Source: an uncultured Verrucomicrobiota bacterium (lineage in GTDB: Bacteria; Verrucomicrobiota; Verrucomicrobiia; Limisphaerales; UBA1100). From it: DNA of 35,528 nucleotides. The stretch covers positions 1 through 35,528 of the forward strand of contig CAZJRV010000002.1 of NCBI GenBank assembly GCA_964548235.1. Reading direction: 5' to 3'. Below are positions 18,001-25,442 of this stretch, in pieces. Position 1 is the stretch's first letter, and every line of letters starts with the position of its first letter. The position numbers and the translations under genes are program-made. The notes below the pieces were generated by a model, which ran no database searches, had not been told where the DNA came from, and worked only from the letters and a program-made list of their open reading frames with translations.

Positions 18001-18828
18001 ATCCATAAAGTGCCTTTGGCGGTCGGAGACCGGCTCGAATTCACCTTTGCCGTTGTTGAGGTACAGGTGATCCTCCATGAAAGTGGGGCTGACTTGCGGC
18101 GCCCCATCTTCGCCCGGAGAAATTTCATAGTATTCCAGAAACTGCTCTGGCAATTTCCGGCCTTCCCGCATGGCTTCCATACCGGCTTTGCGGATTTCAT
18201 GCGCTCGATCGGGCCCAAGTTCTTCGCTGATGAAAATGCGGACGAAACACGTGGTGTACATATCCAGATCGCCATCGCCATCCACATCGGCCAGATCCAC
18301 CGACACCGTCCCGCCGCGCCGTTTGTAAACCCAGGCGACATTCAGGTTTTCAGTAAACCGCCCCTTGCCGTCATTGAGAAACATGAAGTTGCGTCCGTCC
18401 AGCAGTGAGGTGACGACCAGATCCAGATCCCCATCGCCATCCACATCGGCAAACACCGCGCCGCTTAGGCGCCATCCGCGACAGGCCACGCCGGCTTCCT
18501 CCGCCACTTCTTTGAATTTCCAGTTTCCCTGGTTGAGGTAAAGCCCGTTGGCGGTTTCCATGCCACAAACAAACAGATCCGGCAGGCCATCGCCATTCAC
18601 ATCGCCCGCAGCCAAGCCGGAGTTTCCGGTTTCACGGATGCCCACTTGTTTGGGTGCGTTGTATGCTCCCTTCGGCACCAATCCCGCTTCGGTCGCGGAC
18701 AAGGATTGATAACCCGTCTTGCCCGTTTGCGGCACGGGAAGCGGTGCCACTTGAACGATGCGTTTCGCGCCAACCAAAGGAAGCGCACAGCACAGCAAAG
18801 CGAGGCAGGGGATCACGGCCAACTTCAT
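15067..18828 (-). CDS. Secreted giant FG-GAP/VCBS-repeat protein with two UnbV_ASPIC modules (double CRTAC1-like), copy 2
   Basis: ORF 15067..18918 trimmed to ATG 18828 (MKLAVIPCLALLCCALPLVGA signal peptide). Collinear with copy 1 along its full length, with long identical peptide runs such as DMLSRSHKRRKTQMG, EWSWGVAFTDVDLDGYEDLIVATGM and FVAQNFFASQRETPRSDGGRGLLL. Confidence 0.85.
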   Translation of the reverse strand: MKLAVIPCLALLCCALPLVGAKRIVQVAPLPVPQTGKTGYQSLSATEAGLVPKGAYNAPKQVGIRETGNSGLAAGDVNGDGLPDLFVCGMETANGLYLNQGNWKFKEVAEEAGVACRGWRLSGAVFADVDGDGDLDLVVTSLLDGRNFMFLNDGKGRFTENLNVAWVYKRRGGTVSVDLADVDGDGDLDMYTTCFVRIFISEELGPDRAHEIRKAGMEAMREGRKLPEQFLEYYEISPGEDGAPQVSPTFMEDHLYLNNGKGEFEPVSDRQRHFMDFQGRRMKRPRDPSHEGLFRDVDGDGDPDLYVTSDFSNPDRLWLNDGRGKFREAHPLALRRTSQFTMGFDYTDINRDGHLDFLTADMLSRSHKRRKTQMGDMQVTEIAIGLIENRPQIMQNTLQLNRGDGTWTEIAQLAGVHASEWSWGVAFTDVDLDGYEDLIVATGMTRDFMDADARAQATGARSEPSGSGLGSLQQNFNFPKLATQNVVFRNKGDLTFEFKSDDWGITEEAVSGGLAQADFDGDGDLDLVFNNWTSPLEIYRNESIAPRVAVKLRGRGPNTQAIGAKVRLLGGPGDARGLAPIEHDLHIAGGYASGSENVAVFGTGKQTENLRLEIIWRNKNTRHRTLIPNIKPNHAYTITEPESIEPYTPPTPQPVPPLFANADDLIQMTHPTAPGGRAQRLHHEKAFDDFAYQSLLPNRLSQLGPGVAWADLNGDGRDDLVIGSGNGGKLMLHLGSENGNSFEGKLGPGATLDLTSVIAWNLKPGNPTLLVGQSNYEQSDRQFAQPASVLGYSLDAELSKTPLLPGRMATTGPMTAADVDGDGDLDLFLGGRTIPARYPEPANSHLFLNENGKLRPDAANAKVLEKIGLVSGAVFGDLDGDGDPDLILACEWGPIKILRNDAGQFTDATKAHGLDGFLGWWNSVTLGDFDGDGQLDLAAGNWGHNSKYQNSFTPKDPLRITYGDFDNNGVLDIVEYHRDKLSGKLVPERGRSCSMNAMPFIGERNQSFNAFGSGSLEEVYGTSLKQGTVLEANTLSHTVFLNRGGSFVARPLAIEAQFAPVFGINTADFDGDGNEDLFVAQNFFASQRETPRSDGGRGLLLHGNGKGEFAAMTSAASGIRVWGEQRGSAVGDFNSDGRPDLAVAQNGSHARLFRNTEGRPSLRVKLNAGSTNPTGVGAIARLVFADDQKGPAKIVTAGSGYGSQDSPVLLLARPTTPEQIEVQWPHGKTTTTPIPVGASEIEINRAGDWKRIR

Positions 18829-18891
18829 CGCGGCAGTATAAAGTCGGCCCTTTGAAAGCAAAGCTTTCTTTGCCACGCACGACCTGTTACA

Positions 18892-20202
18892 GTGCGTGAC
18901 GTGAGCCACGGCACCCAATCTTCAGCCCCGCTGGTGTATAAGGCGGTTGCAATCGCGTTGGTGCTGGGCGGCGCCATGTTTTTCGCATTCCGGGGCGGAC
19001 CGGATGCGCCTGCACCGGTTTCCCCGAACATCCCGTTCGCGCAGCCGCCTGCCCCGGCCGCCGAGCCGGGCCCCATCAATCAGGATCATTATCGCATTGC
19101 GGTGATGGAGGCGTTTTCCGGACTCGACACCCGCGTGGTTTCCGAGTGCGTTCCTCCGCTTGTCCTGAACAAAAAATGGTTTGGCAGTGATGAGCAATTC
19201 GAGGCGGCCAATCAATTTTTGGCCGCAGCAAAAAAATATGATTCATCGGAGTCACTGGTTCGTTTCATTGAGCTAATGGAGCAAATCAACGCCCAACCGG
19301 CGGATGCCGTGTCCGAAGATTTACTGGCACAATTCCGGACCCTTCCCGGCAGCGATTCTGTTCTGAAAAACCGCACCAACCCGGAATTGCTAAATGCATT
19401 CCAGCAGATTGCCAACCGTCGCCTGCGGCATCTTCTAATGGTCGGCCAATCCGGCCTTTTGCAATCCCTGCTGGATCGCGGTTTGCTCGATCAAATGCGG
19501 GCCACCGGCGCGGATGTAACCCCTGCCGATGGCGCGCCCTCCGAGCCGCACAACATTCTGCGATATTGGGAAATCACCAGCACGAAATACCTGCTGTGCC
19601 AATCCGGGAACAACGCCACCACGATGATCGTGCAGAGCCTGTTTCCCGGGCAGTTCCAACCCGTCTACGCTAACGCGCCCAATGCCGTGCTCGACCCCGT
19701 GCAACGGCGCTTCCAGACCCGTTCAATGCTCGATATGAAGATGGTGCCGGAAGAATCCAATCGCCTGCGCATCTTGCCCGCACCCAAGGGGCCTGTGGCC
19801 ATGATGGAATTTGGCGGCGCCATTCCCCGTGCCAAGCTCTATTCGGATTGGCGCATGGCTGCGGACGAGGCCACCGCACAAACCCTCGTTTACAGCCGAA
19901 GCTTTAACCCGCAGATTCAGGTCATCCTGCGCTCCTCCGCCATCCCCAGACCACAACGGCCCGCCGCAACCGAACAATTGCCCCCCGTGAAAATTCAGGA
20001 ACTCAGTGGCCAACAGGGGGTGTTGACTGTCCCGCCGCTGCAACATAATTCCGTTCTTTTACTCACCAACTCGCACCAAGCCGGATGGCAGGCGAAGGTG
20101 AACGGCACCGCCATCCCCGTCGTGCGCGCCAACCTGGATTCCTGCGCCATCCACCTGCCGCCCGCCAAGGCCGAGCGCAGGGTCGAATATACCCGGCCAT
20201 GA
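18892..20202 (+). CDS. Single-TM paralogue of the YfhO-like C-terminal domain (copy 2, lacks the polytopic region)
   Basis: 436 aa. GTG start (18892 or 18901; no in-frame ATG until aa 29). One N-terminal TM (VAIALVLGGAMFFAF). The C-terminal ~230 aa are homologous to 12305..15055: ILRYWEITSTKYLLCQSGNN / LLRWWELNSVRYFLCVSGND; HQAGWQAKVNGTAIPVVRANLDSCAIHLP / HHPGWTVMRDGQPAPLLRANRHMRAVYLP. Confidence 0.65.
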   Translation: MRDVSHGTQSSAPLVYKAVAIALVLGGAMFFAFRGGPDAPAPVSPNIPFAQPPAPAAEPGPINQDHYRIAVMEAFSGLDTRVVSECVPPLVLNKKWFGSDEQFEAANQFLAAAKKYDSSESLVRFIELMEQINAQPADAVSEDLLAQFRTLPGSDSVLKNRTNPELLNAFQQIANRRLRHLLMVGQSGLLQSLLDRGLLDQMRATGADVTPADGAPSEPHNILRYWEITSTKYLLCQSGNNATTMIVQSLFPGQFQPVYANAPNAVLDPVQRRFQTRSMLDMKMVPEESNRLRILPAPKGPVAMMEFGGAIPRAKLYSDWRMAADEATAQTLVYSRSFNPQIQVILRSSAIPRPQRPAATEQLPPVKIQELSGQQGVLTVPPLQHNSVLLLTNSHQAGWQAKVNGTAIPVVRANLDSCAIHLPPAKAERRVEYTRP

Positions 20203-20238
20203 CCCGTCCAACCCCCCAAAGCCGTTCTTGTTGAGCAA

Positions 20239-21666
20239 ATGGAAATGTCCTTCAATCCGTCCGTCAGCCGTCGCACCGCGTTGCGATCGGCCGCCTGCGG
20301 ATTTGGCGGACTTGCCATGGGTGCGCTGGCTCATCGCGCCGCCGCCGCTGCCAATCCGCTTGCGCCCAAGCTCGTGCACCACGCGCCCAAGGCGAAGCGA
20401 GTGATTTTCATTTTCATGGCCGGCGGCGTGAGCCATGTGGATTCGTATGATTACAAGCAGAAGCTCTTTGATGATGACGGCAAAATGGTGCGCTTTGACG
20501 ACGCCCGTACGCTGGCCAAGACGCGCAAAATCGTTGAGCACGCCGTCAAGAAACCACTTTGGAAATTTCAAAACCACGGCCAATGCGGCCAGCCGGTCAG
20601 CGAATTGTTCCCGCACACGGCAAAGCACGTGGATGATCTTTGCATCCTCAAAGGCATGCATACCGAGGGCGTGGCGCATGGGCCAAGCACGCTGTTCATG
20701 CACTCGGGCACGATCAACCTGATTCGCCCGAGCATGGGCGCATGGGTGAATTACGGCCTCGGCACGGAAAACGAAAACCTCCCCGGCTTCATCAGCATAG
20801 GCCCTTCGATGGGCAATGGTGGCCCGCGCAATTTCAGCAACGCATTTTTGCCTGCCGCCTATCAAGGCACGCCCATCGGCCGCGCGGGCATCCCGGCCAC
20901 GGAGGCGACCATCAAGAACATCACCGCGCCGGGCGCGGATAAAGGGCAGCAACAGAAACAATTTGAACTGCTGCGCGCGCTGAATGCCGAGCAGGCCAAA
21001 CGCCGGCCCGGCGATGACGAACTCGATGCGGTCATCGGCTCTTTCGAACTCGCCTGGCGCATGCAAAACAACGCGCCCGGCATTCTCGATTTATCCAAGG
21101 AAAATTCAAAGACGCTTGAGATGTACGGTATTGGCAGGAATCCAACCGACAATTTTGGCCGTTATTGCCTGATGGCCCGGCGCCTCAGCGAAGCCGGCGT
21201 GCGTTATATTCAGGTGAACTACACGGACAACGGCAACAACCCTTCCTGGGATCAGCACTCGAACATGCCCAAGCACATGGAGCATGCGCGCGCAACGGAT
21301 CAACCCGTGTCCGCTCTCCTGCAGGATTTAAAACAACGCGGGCTGCTTGAAGACACCCTCGTTTGGTGGGGCAGCGAATTCGGCCGCACGCCCTACGCCC
21401 AAAACAAAGGCACCGGCCGCGACCACAACCCCGATGGCTTCACCGTCTGGCTCGCCGGCGGCGGAATAAAACCCGGCATCGCACACGGCAACACCGACGA
21501 ATACGGCCACCACGCCGTCGAAGGCAAAGTGCACATGCACGACCTTCACGCGACCATTCTGCATCAACTCGGCCTCGACCACGAAAAACTCACCTACCGC
21601 TACGATGGACGCGACTTCCGGCTGACCGATGTCCACGGCCGCGTGGTGAAGGAAATTATTTCCTAA
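20239..21666 (+). CDS. DUF1501 (sulfatase-like) protein with Tat signal
   Basis: Twin-arginine signal MEMSFNPSVSRRTALRSAACGFGGLAMGAL. Family-typical FIFMAGGVSHVDSYDYK, ...WDQH..., WWGSEFGRTP and GRDHNPDGFTVWLAGGG. Confidence 0.85.
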   Translation: MEMSFNPSVSRRTALRSAACGFGGLAMGALAHRAAAAANPLAPKLVHHAPKAKRVIFIFMAGGVSHVDSYDYKQKLFDDDGKMVRFDDARTLAKTRKIVEHAVKKPLWKFQNHGQCGQPVSELFPHTAKHVDDLCILKGMHTEGVAHGPSTLFMHSGTINLIRPSMGAWVNYGLGTENENLPGFISIGPSMGNGGPRNFSNAFLPAAYQGTPIGRAGIPATEATIKNITAPGADKGQQQKQFELLRALNAEQAKRRPGDDELDAVIGSFELAWRMQNNAPGILDLSKENSKTLEMYGIGRNPTDNFGRYCLMARRLSEAGVRYIQVNYTDNGNNPSWDQHSNMPKHMEHARATDQPVSALLQDLKQRGLLEDTLVWWGSEFGRTPYAQNKGTGRDHNPDGFTVWLAGGGIKPGIAHGNTDEYGHHAVEGKVHMHDLHATILHQLGLDHEKLTYRYDGRDFRLTDVHGRVVKEIIS

Positions 21667-21682
21667 CCACAGAGGGAAAAAC

Positions 21683-21895
21683 TCACCCGTAATGCGGCGG
21701 CTTGGTGGTGTTTTCCTTTGCCTCTTTCATGTTTTCCGCCGCCATACGGTCGTTTAGTTGGTCCATTTGCTGCGTCAGCCGTCGAATGGTTTTGGCCTGT
21801 TCGATTACGGTCGCGTTTAGCGACTCGGTCAGCTGCTCGAGATGTGCCAGCTCGGATTCAATCTTAACCAGCCGCTCGTAATTGCCATCGCTCAT
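21683..21895 (-). CDS. slyX: SlyX family coiled-coil protein
   Basis: 70 aa. IESELAHLEQLTESLNATVIEQAKTIRRLTQQMDQLNDRM coiled coil with the C-terminal ...KPPHYG ending typical of SlyX. Confidence 0.7.
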   Translation of the reverse strand: MSDGNYERLVKIESELAHLEQLTESLNATVIEQAKTIRRLTQQMDQLNDRMAAENMKEAKENTTKPPHYG

Positions 21896-21986
21896 CCGGC
21901 CAAATTGCCCTTATCCATTCCGCGAGTCGAATTGAAAATTAACTTCCTTGATTCTTGAGAATTGATCCTCGAAACTTTTCCCACGC

Positions 21987-23879
21987 ATGAAATTGATCCC
22001 GTGGATTCCCCTTTGTCTCGCCGTTGCGATTACGGCATCCGCCCAGAAAAAACCTTCATACACGCCCGACCAAGCCGTGGCGCGGATGAAGTTGCCGGCG
22101 GGTTTTTCGGTCACCCAATTCGCCGCCGAGCCGGATGTGGTGCAGCCATTTGCGTTTTGCTTTGATGACCGAGGCCGCGTGTGGGTTTGCGAAAACCTGA
22201 ATTATGAAACGCGCCAAAGCGACACGTTCAAGCAAGGGCCGAAGGGGCGCATTCTCATTTTGGAGGACACCGACGGCGATGGTCGGTTCGACAAACGCAA
22301 AGTGTTCATCGACAAGATTTTTTTTCCAACCGGACTGCAAGTGGGCTTCGGCGGGGTGTGGGTTGGTTCGCCGCCGAATCTGCTATTTATTCCCGATAAA
22401 AACGGCGACGACGTGCCCGATGCCGACCCCACCGTGGTGCTCGATGGCTGGGGCCGGCAGGACCGGCATGAGACGCTCAACAGTTTTGTGTGGGGGCCCG
22501 ACGGCTGGTTGTACGGCTGCCACGGCGTGTTCACGCACAGCAAAGTGGGTGCGCCCGGCACGCCGGAAAAAGACCGCGTGCCGCTCAATGCCGGCGTGTG
22601 GCGCTATCATCCCACGCGGAAAAATTTCGAAGTGTTCGCCTGGGGCACCAGCAATCCGTGGGGGCTCGATTTCGACAGCCGCGGCCAAGCCTTTATCACC
22701 GCCTGCGTCATACCGCACCTTTGGCACATGGTGCAGGGCGGGCGCTATCATCGCCAAGGCGGCCGGCATTTTAATCCGCACATTTACAACGACATCAAAA
22801 CCATCGCCGACCACGTGCACCAAAACTACGGCGGCCGCAAACACGAAGGCGGCCTCGCGTATTTTTATGCGAACGGCGCGTTCTCTGAAAAAAACACCCG
22901 CCAACGCAAAGGCGGCTTTGCCCACGGCGGCTGCCAGATTTACAACGGCGGCGCCTTTCCCAAGCGATATGCCGGGCAGGTTTTCATGGGCAACATACAC
23001 CATCACATGCTGTACGTGGACAACCTCAAGCGCCGCGGCTCGGGCTTTGCCGGCACGCACGGCGGCGATTTTATGCTCGCGCACGACGAACATTTCCTCG
23101 GCTTCAATCTCGACACCGGCCCCACCGGCGCACTGTGGATCATCGACTGGAACGATGCGGACATTTGCGGCCGCATCGTCCACCAACTTGGCACCGGACG
23201 CATTTATCGCGTGAGCCACACCAACTGCAAGCCGGTCAAAAACCTAAACCTCGCCAAACTCAACGACAGTAAGTTGGTGGATTTATTAAATCACAAAAAC
23301 GATTGGTACGCCGACCACGCCCGTCGCCTCCTGCAGGAACGCGCCGAAGCCTCCCGCCATCAAGGTCCTGATGAAGGCGTTTCCGCCACTGCCGCCGAGA
23401 CGCCCGGCTTGCTCAGCAAAATTTACCTCAACCCCAAGGCCAACCCCACCCATCGGCTCCGCGCGATGCTGGCGATGCACGCAATGTTCGGCCTCAACTC
23501 GCGGACACTCCTCAAGTTAATGTCCGACAAAGACGAAACCCTCCGCGGCTGGGCCATCCAATGCGCGTTGGAAAACGAAAAGGCACCGAAACTCATCCTC
23601 GATCAACTGGTAAAAATGGCGAAGACCGATGACTCCAAATTCGTCCGCCTCTATCTCGCCAGCGCGCTGCAGCGGATTCCAGTCAATCAACGCTGGGAGC
23701 TCGCCGAGGCACTCATCGCGCATGAGGCGGACAAGGATGACCATAACTTGCCGCTTCTTTACTGGTACGGCATCGAGCCGCTGGTGTCACTCGACAAGGC
23801 CCGCGCATTAAAGCTCACCACTAAAACCAAAATCCCCGTCATCCGCCAATATATCGTTCGACGCAGCGCAGCGAAGTGA
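21987..23879 (+). CDS. Secreted membrane-bound-dehydrogenase-domain (PVC N-terminal beta-propeller) + HEAT-repeat protein, no CxxCH module
   Basis: Signal peptide, then YTPDQAVARMKLPAGFSVTQFAAEPDVVQPFAFCFDDRGRVWVCE, the typical start of the TIGR02604-type domain. The C-terminal half is HEAT/ARM-like (LRGWAIQCALEN..., VRLYLASALQRIP). No CxxCH anywhere in the 630 aa. Confidence 0.75.
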   Translation: MKLIPWIPLCLAVAITASAQKKPSYTPDQAVARMKLPAGFSVTQFAAEPDVVQPFAFCFDDRGRVWVCENLNYETRQSDTFKQGPKGRILILEDTDGDGRFDKRKVFIDKIFFPTGLQVGFGGVWVGSPPNLLFIPDKNGDDVPDADPTVVLDGWGRQDRHETLNSFVWGPDGWLYGCHGVFTHSKVGAPGTPEKDRVPLNAGVWRYHPTRKNFEVFAWGTSNPWGLDFDSRGQAFITACVIPHLWHMVQGGRYHRQGGRHFNPHIYNDIKTIADHVHQNYGGRKHEGGLAYFYANGAFSEKNTRQRKGGFAHGGCQIYNGGAFPKRYAGQVFMGNIHHHMLYVDNLKRRGSGFAGTHGGDFMLAHDEHFLGFNLDTGPTGALWIIDWNDADICGRIVHQLGTGRIYRVSHTNCKPVKNLNLAKLNDSKLVDLLNHKNDWYADHARRLLQERAEASRHQGPDEGVSATAAETPGLLSKIYLNPKANPTHRLRAMLAMHAMFGLNSRTLLKLMSDKDETLRGWAIQCALENEKAPKLILDQLVKMAKTDDSKFVRLYLASALQRIPVNQRWELAEALIAHEADKDDHNLPLLYWYGIEPLVSLDKARALKLTTKTKIPVIRQYIVRRSAAK

Positions 23880-23886
23880 ATAATGA

Positions 23887-23948
23887 ACCGCCAAGACACA
23901 AAGACGCCAAGTAAATGAATAATCTTGGCGCTTTGGCGTCTTGGCGGT
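23887..23948. repeat. REP-like palindromic intergenic element, copy 1 (25-nt arms, 12-nt loop)
   Basis: Left arm ACCGCCAAGACACAAAGACGCCAAG (23887..23911) and right arm CTTGGCGCTTTGGCGTCTTGGCGGT (23924..23948). 21/25 complementary. Starts 8 nt after the stop of 21987..23879. Same arm sequence family as 31785..31853. Confidence 0.7.
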
Positions 23949-23962
23949 GAAAAGAAAATTTT

Positions 23963-25255
23963 ATGAAAAAGACTATCCTAATTCTCACCACCCTCGCCTT
24001 CACCGCCCAAGCGGACTGGAAACAATGGCGCGGCCCCACCGGTCAAGGGCACGCCGATGCGAAGCTGCCCACCGAGTGGAGCGAAACAAAAAACGTGAAA
24101 TGGCGCACTCCCATTCCCGGCAAGGGTTGGTCGTCACCGGTCATCGAAGGCAACCAAATTTGGATGACCACTGCATTTGAAACACTTGCCAGCGCCGAGG
24201 AGACCAAGGAACGCCTCAAGAAAAACACTGGCGGCGTGCCTGTTCATGTGCTCAGTCGCGTGCGGTTGCATGCGGTTTGCGTTGATAAACGCTCGGGCAA
24301 ACTCTTGCACAACATTGAAATCATCAACAAACAACAGCCGCAATGGGTTCACAAACTGAACAGCTATGCCTCGCCAACGCCAATCATTGAGGCCGGTCGG
24401 GTGTACTGTCAATTCGGCGCGTATGGCACGGTTTGTTTGGATGCCAAAACCGCCAAGGTGCTGTGGCGTAACCAGGAAATTTGGGTGAACCACGAAACTG
24501 GCCCGGGCAGCACACCGGTGCTTTGGAAAGATCTCCTGATTTTTCATATGGACGGCAGCGACAAGCAGTTCGTCGTGGCGCTGGATTCCAAAACGGGCAA
24601 GGAAAAATGGCGCACCCAGCGCACCGGCGCGATGCACAAGAATCCTCAGTTAAAAAAATCATTCGGCACGCCGGTCCTGCTCAACATCAATGACAAGTCC
24701 ACGCTCATTTCCCCCGGCTCAAACTGGTTGTACGCCTACGACCCTGTCAACGGCAGGGAAATTTGGAAAGTGGAATACGGCAGCCTTGGCTTTTCGCTCG
24801 TGCCGCGTCCGGTCACCGGGCATGGCATGATTTTCATGAGCACCGGCTTCATGCGCGCCAAACTCCTCGCCGTGCGTTATGCGAACACCGCCAAGCCCGA
24901 CATTGTCTGGAGCTATGCTCGCAGTGTTTCCACGCAACCTTCGCCGGTGCTGGTGGGTGACGAGCTGTATTTCATCACTGAGAGCGGCGGCCTTGTCACC
25001 TGCCTCAATGCCCATACCGGCGAGAAACATTGGGTAGAGCGGATTGGCGGCAACTTCAGTGCTTCGCCCACGCACGCCAATGGCAAAATTTATTTCCACA
25101 GTCGCGAGGGAATCACCACCGTCCTGCAAGGCGGCAAGCAATTCAAAGTGCTCGCGAAAAACAAACTCAATGGCCAACACATGGCCAGTGCCGCGGTGGA
25201 CGGGAACTCCTTGATTTTGCGCACCGACAAAGCGCTGTATCGAATCGGCAATTGA
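23963..25255 (+). CDS. Secreted PQQ-like (BamB-like) beta-propeller repeat protein
   Basis: Signal peptide MKKTILILTTLAFTAQA, then DWKQWRGPTGQGHA and repeated W..... blades typical of PQQ_2/PQQ_3 propellers. 430 aa. Confidence 0.75.
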   Translation: MKKTILILTTLAFTAQADWKQWRGPTGQGHADAKLPTEWSETKNVKWRTPIPGKGWSSPVIEGNQIWMTTAFETLASAEETKERLKKNTGGVPVHVLSRVRLHAVCVDKRSGKLLHNIEIINKQQPQWVHKLNSYASPTPIIEAGRVYCQFGAYGTVCLDAKTAKVLWRNQEIWVNHETGPGSTPVLWKDLLIFHMDGSDKQFVVALDSKTGKEKWRTQRTGAMHKNPQLKKSFGTPVLLNINDKSTLISPGSNWLYAYDPVNGREIWKVEYGSLGFSLVPRPVTGHGMIFMSTGFMRAKLLAVRYANTAKPDIVWSYARSVSTQPSPVLVGDELYFITESGGLVTCLNAHTGEKHWVERIGGNFSASPTHANGKIYFHSREGITTVLQGGKQFKVLAKNKLNGQHMASAAVDGNSLILRTDKALYRIGN

Positions 25256-25382
25256 GCGGTTGGGGCGATTTTAACGTGCGAATCTCATTCTTGGGTTTGC
25301 GTGTTTTTTCGCCAATTCGTATTGTGTTCACGCAATGTGTGCCAATGGCCTCAAAAACCACCTGTTTATTTTTTGTTTTTCA

Positions 25383-25398
25383 TGGCATTAAAATTGCT
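25383..25398 (+). promoter_or_regulatory. Candidate sigma-54 (-24/-12) promoter upstream of the prepilin-like gene
   Basis: TGGCAT-TAAAA-TTGCT versus consensus TGGCAC-N5-TTGCW. GG (25384) to GC (25396) spacing is exactly 12 nt. Lies 45 nt upstream of ATG 25443 in a 187-bp AT-richer intergenic region. Confidence 0.4.
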
Positions 25399-25442
25399 GG
25401 TCAATTAACGGTTTTGTTTCCACAATCTCAATACTCTCGCCC

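Noticed and set aside
8440-18828. Periodic short DNA repeats (GCCATCGCCATC-type, encoding DGDGD) that could look like a repeat array or CRISPR.
   Set aside because: They are in-frame coding repeats of FG-GAP/VCBS calcium-binding loops. Spacing is irregular, there is no conserved repeat/spacer structure, and there are no cas genes.
21911-22114. 67-aa minus-strand ORF in and overlapping the start of the dehydrogenase-domain gene.
   Set aside because: It overlaps the signal-peptide region of a well-supported gene. It has no motif and no plausible RBS.
25290-25316. CTTGGGTTTGCGTGTTTTTTCGCCAA as a decayed copy of the palindromic element's right arm.
   Set aside because: Only partial similarity (CTTGG...TTTGCGT) with no matching left arm. 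It cannot be distinguished from chance by eye.
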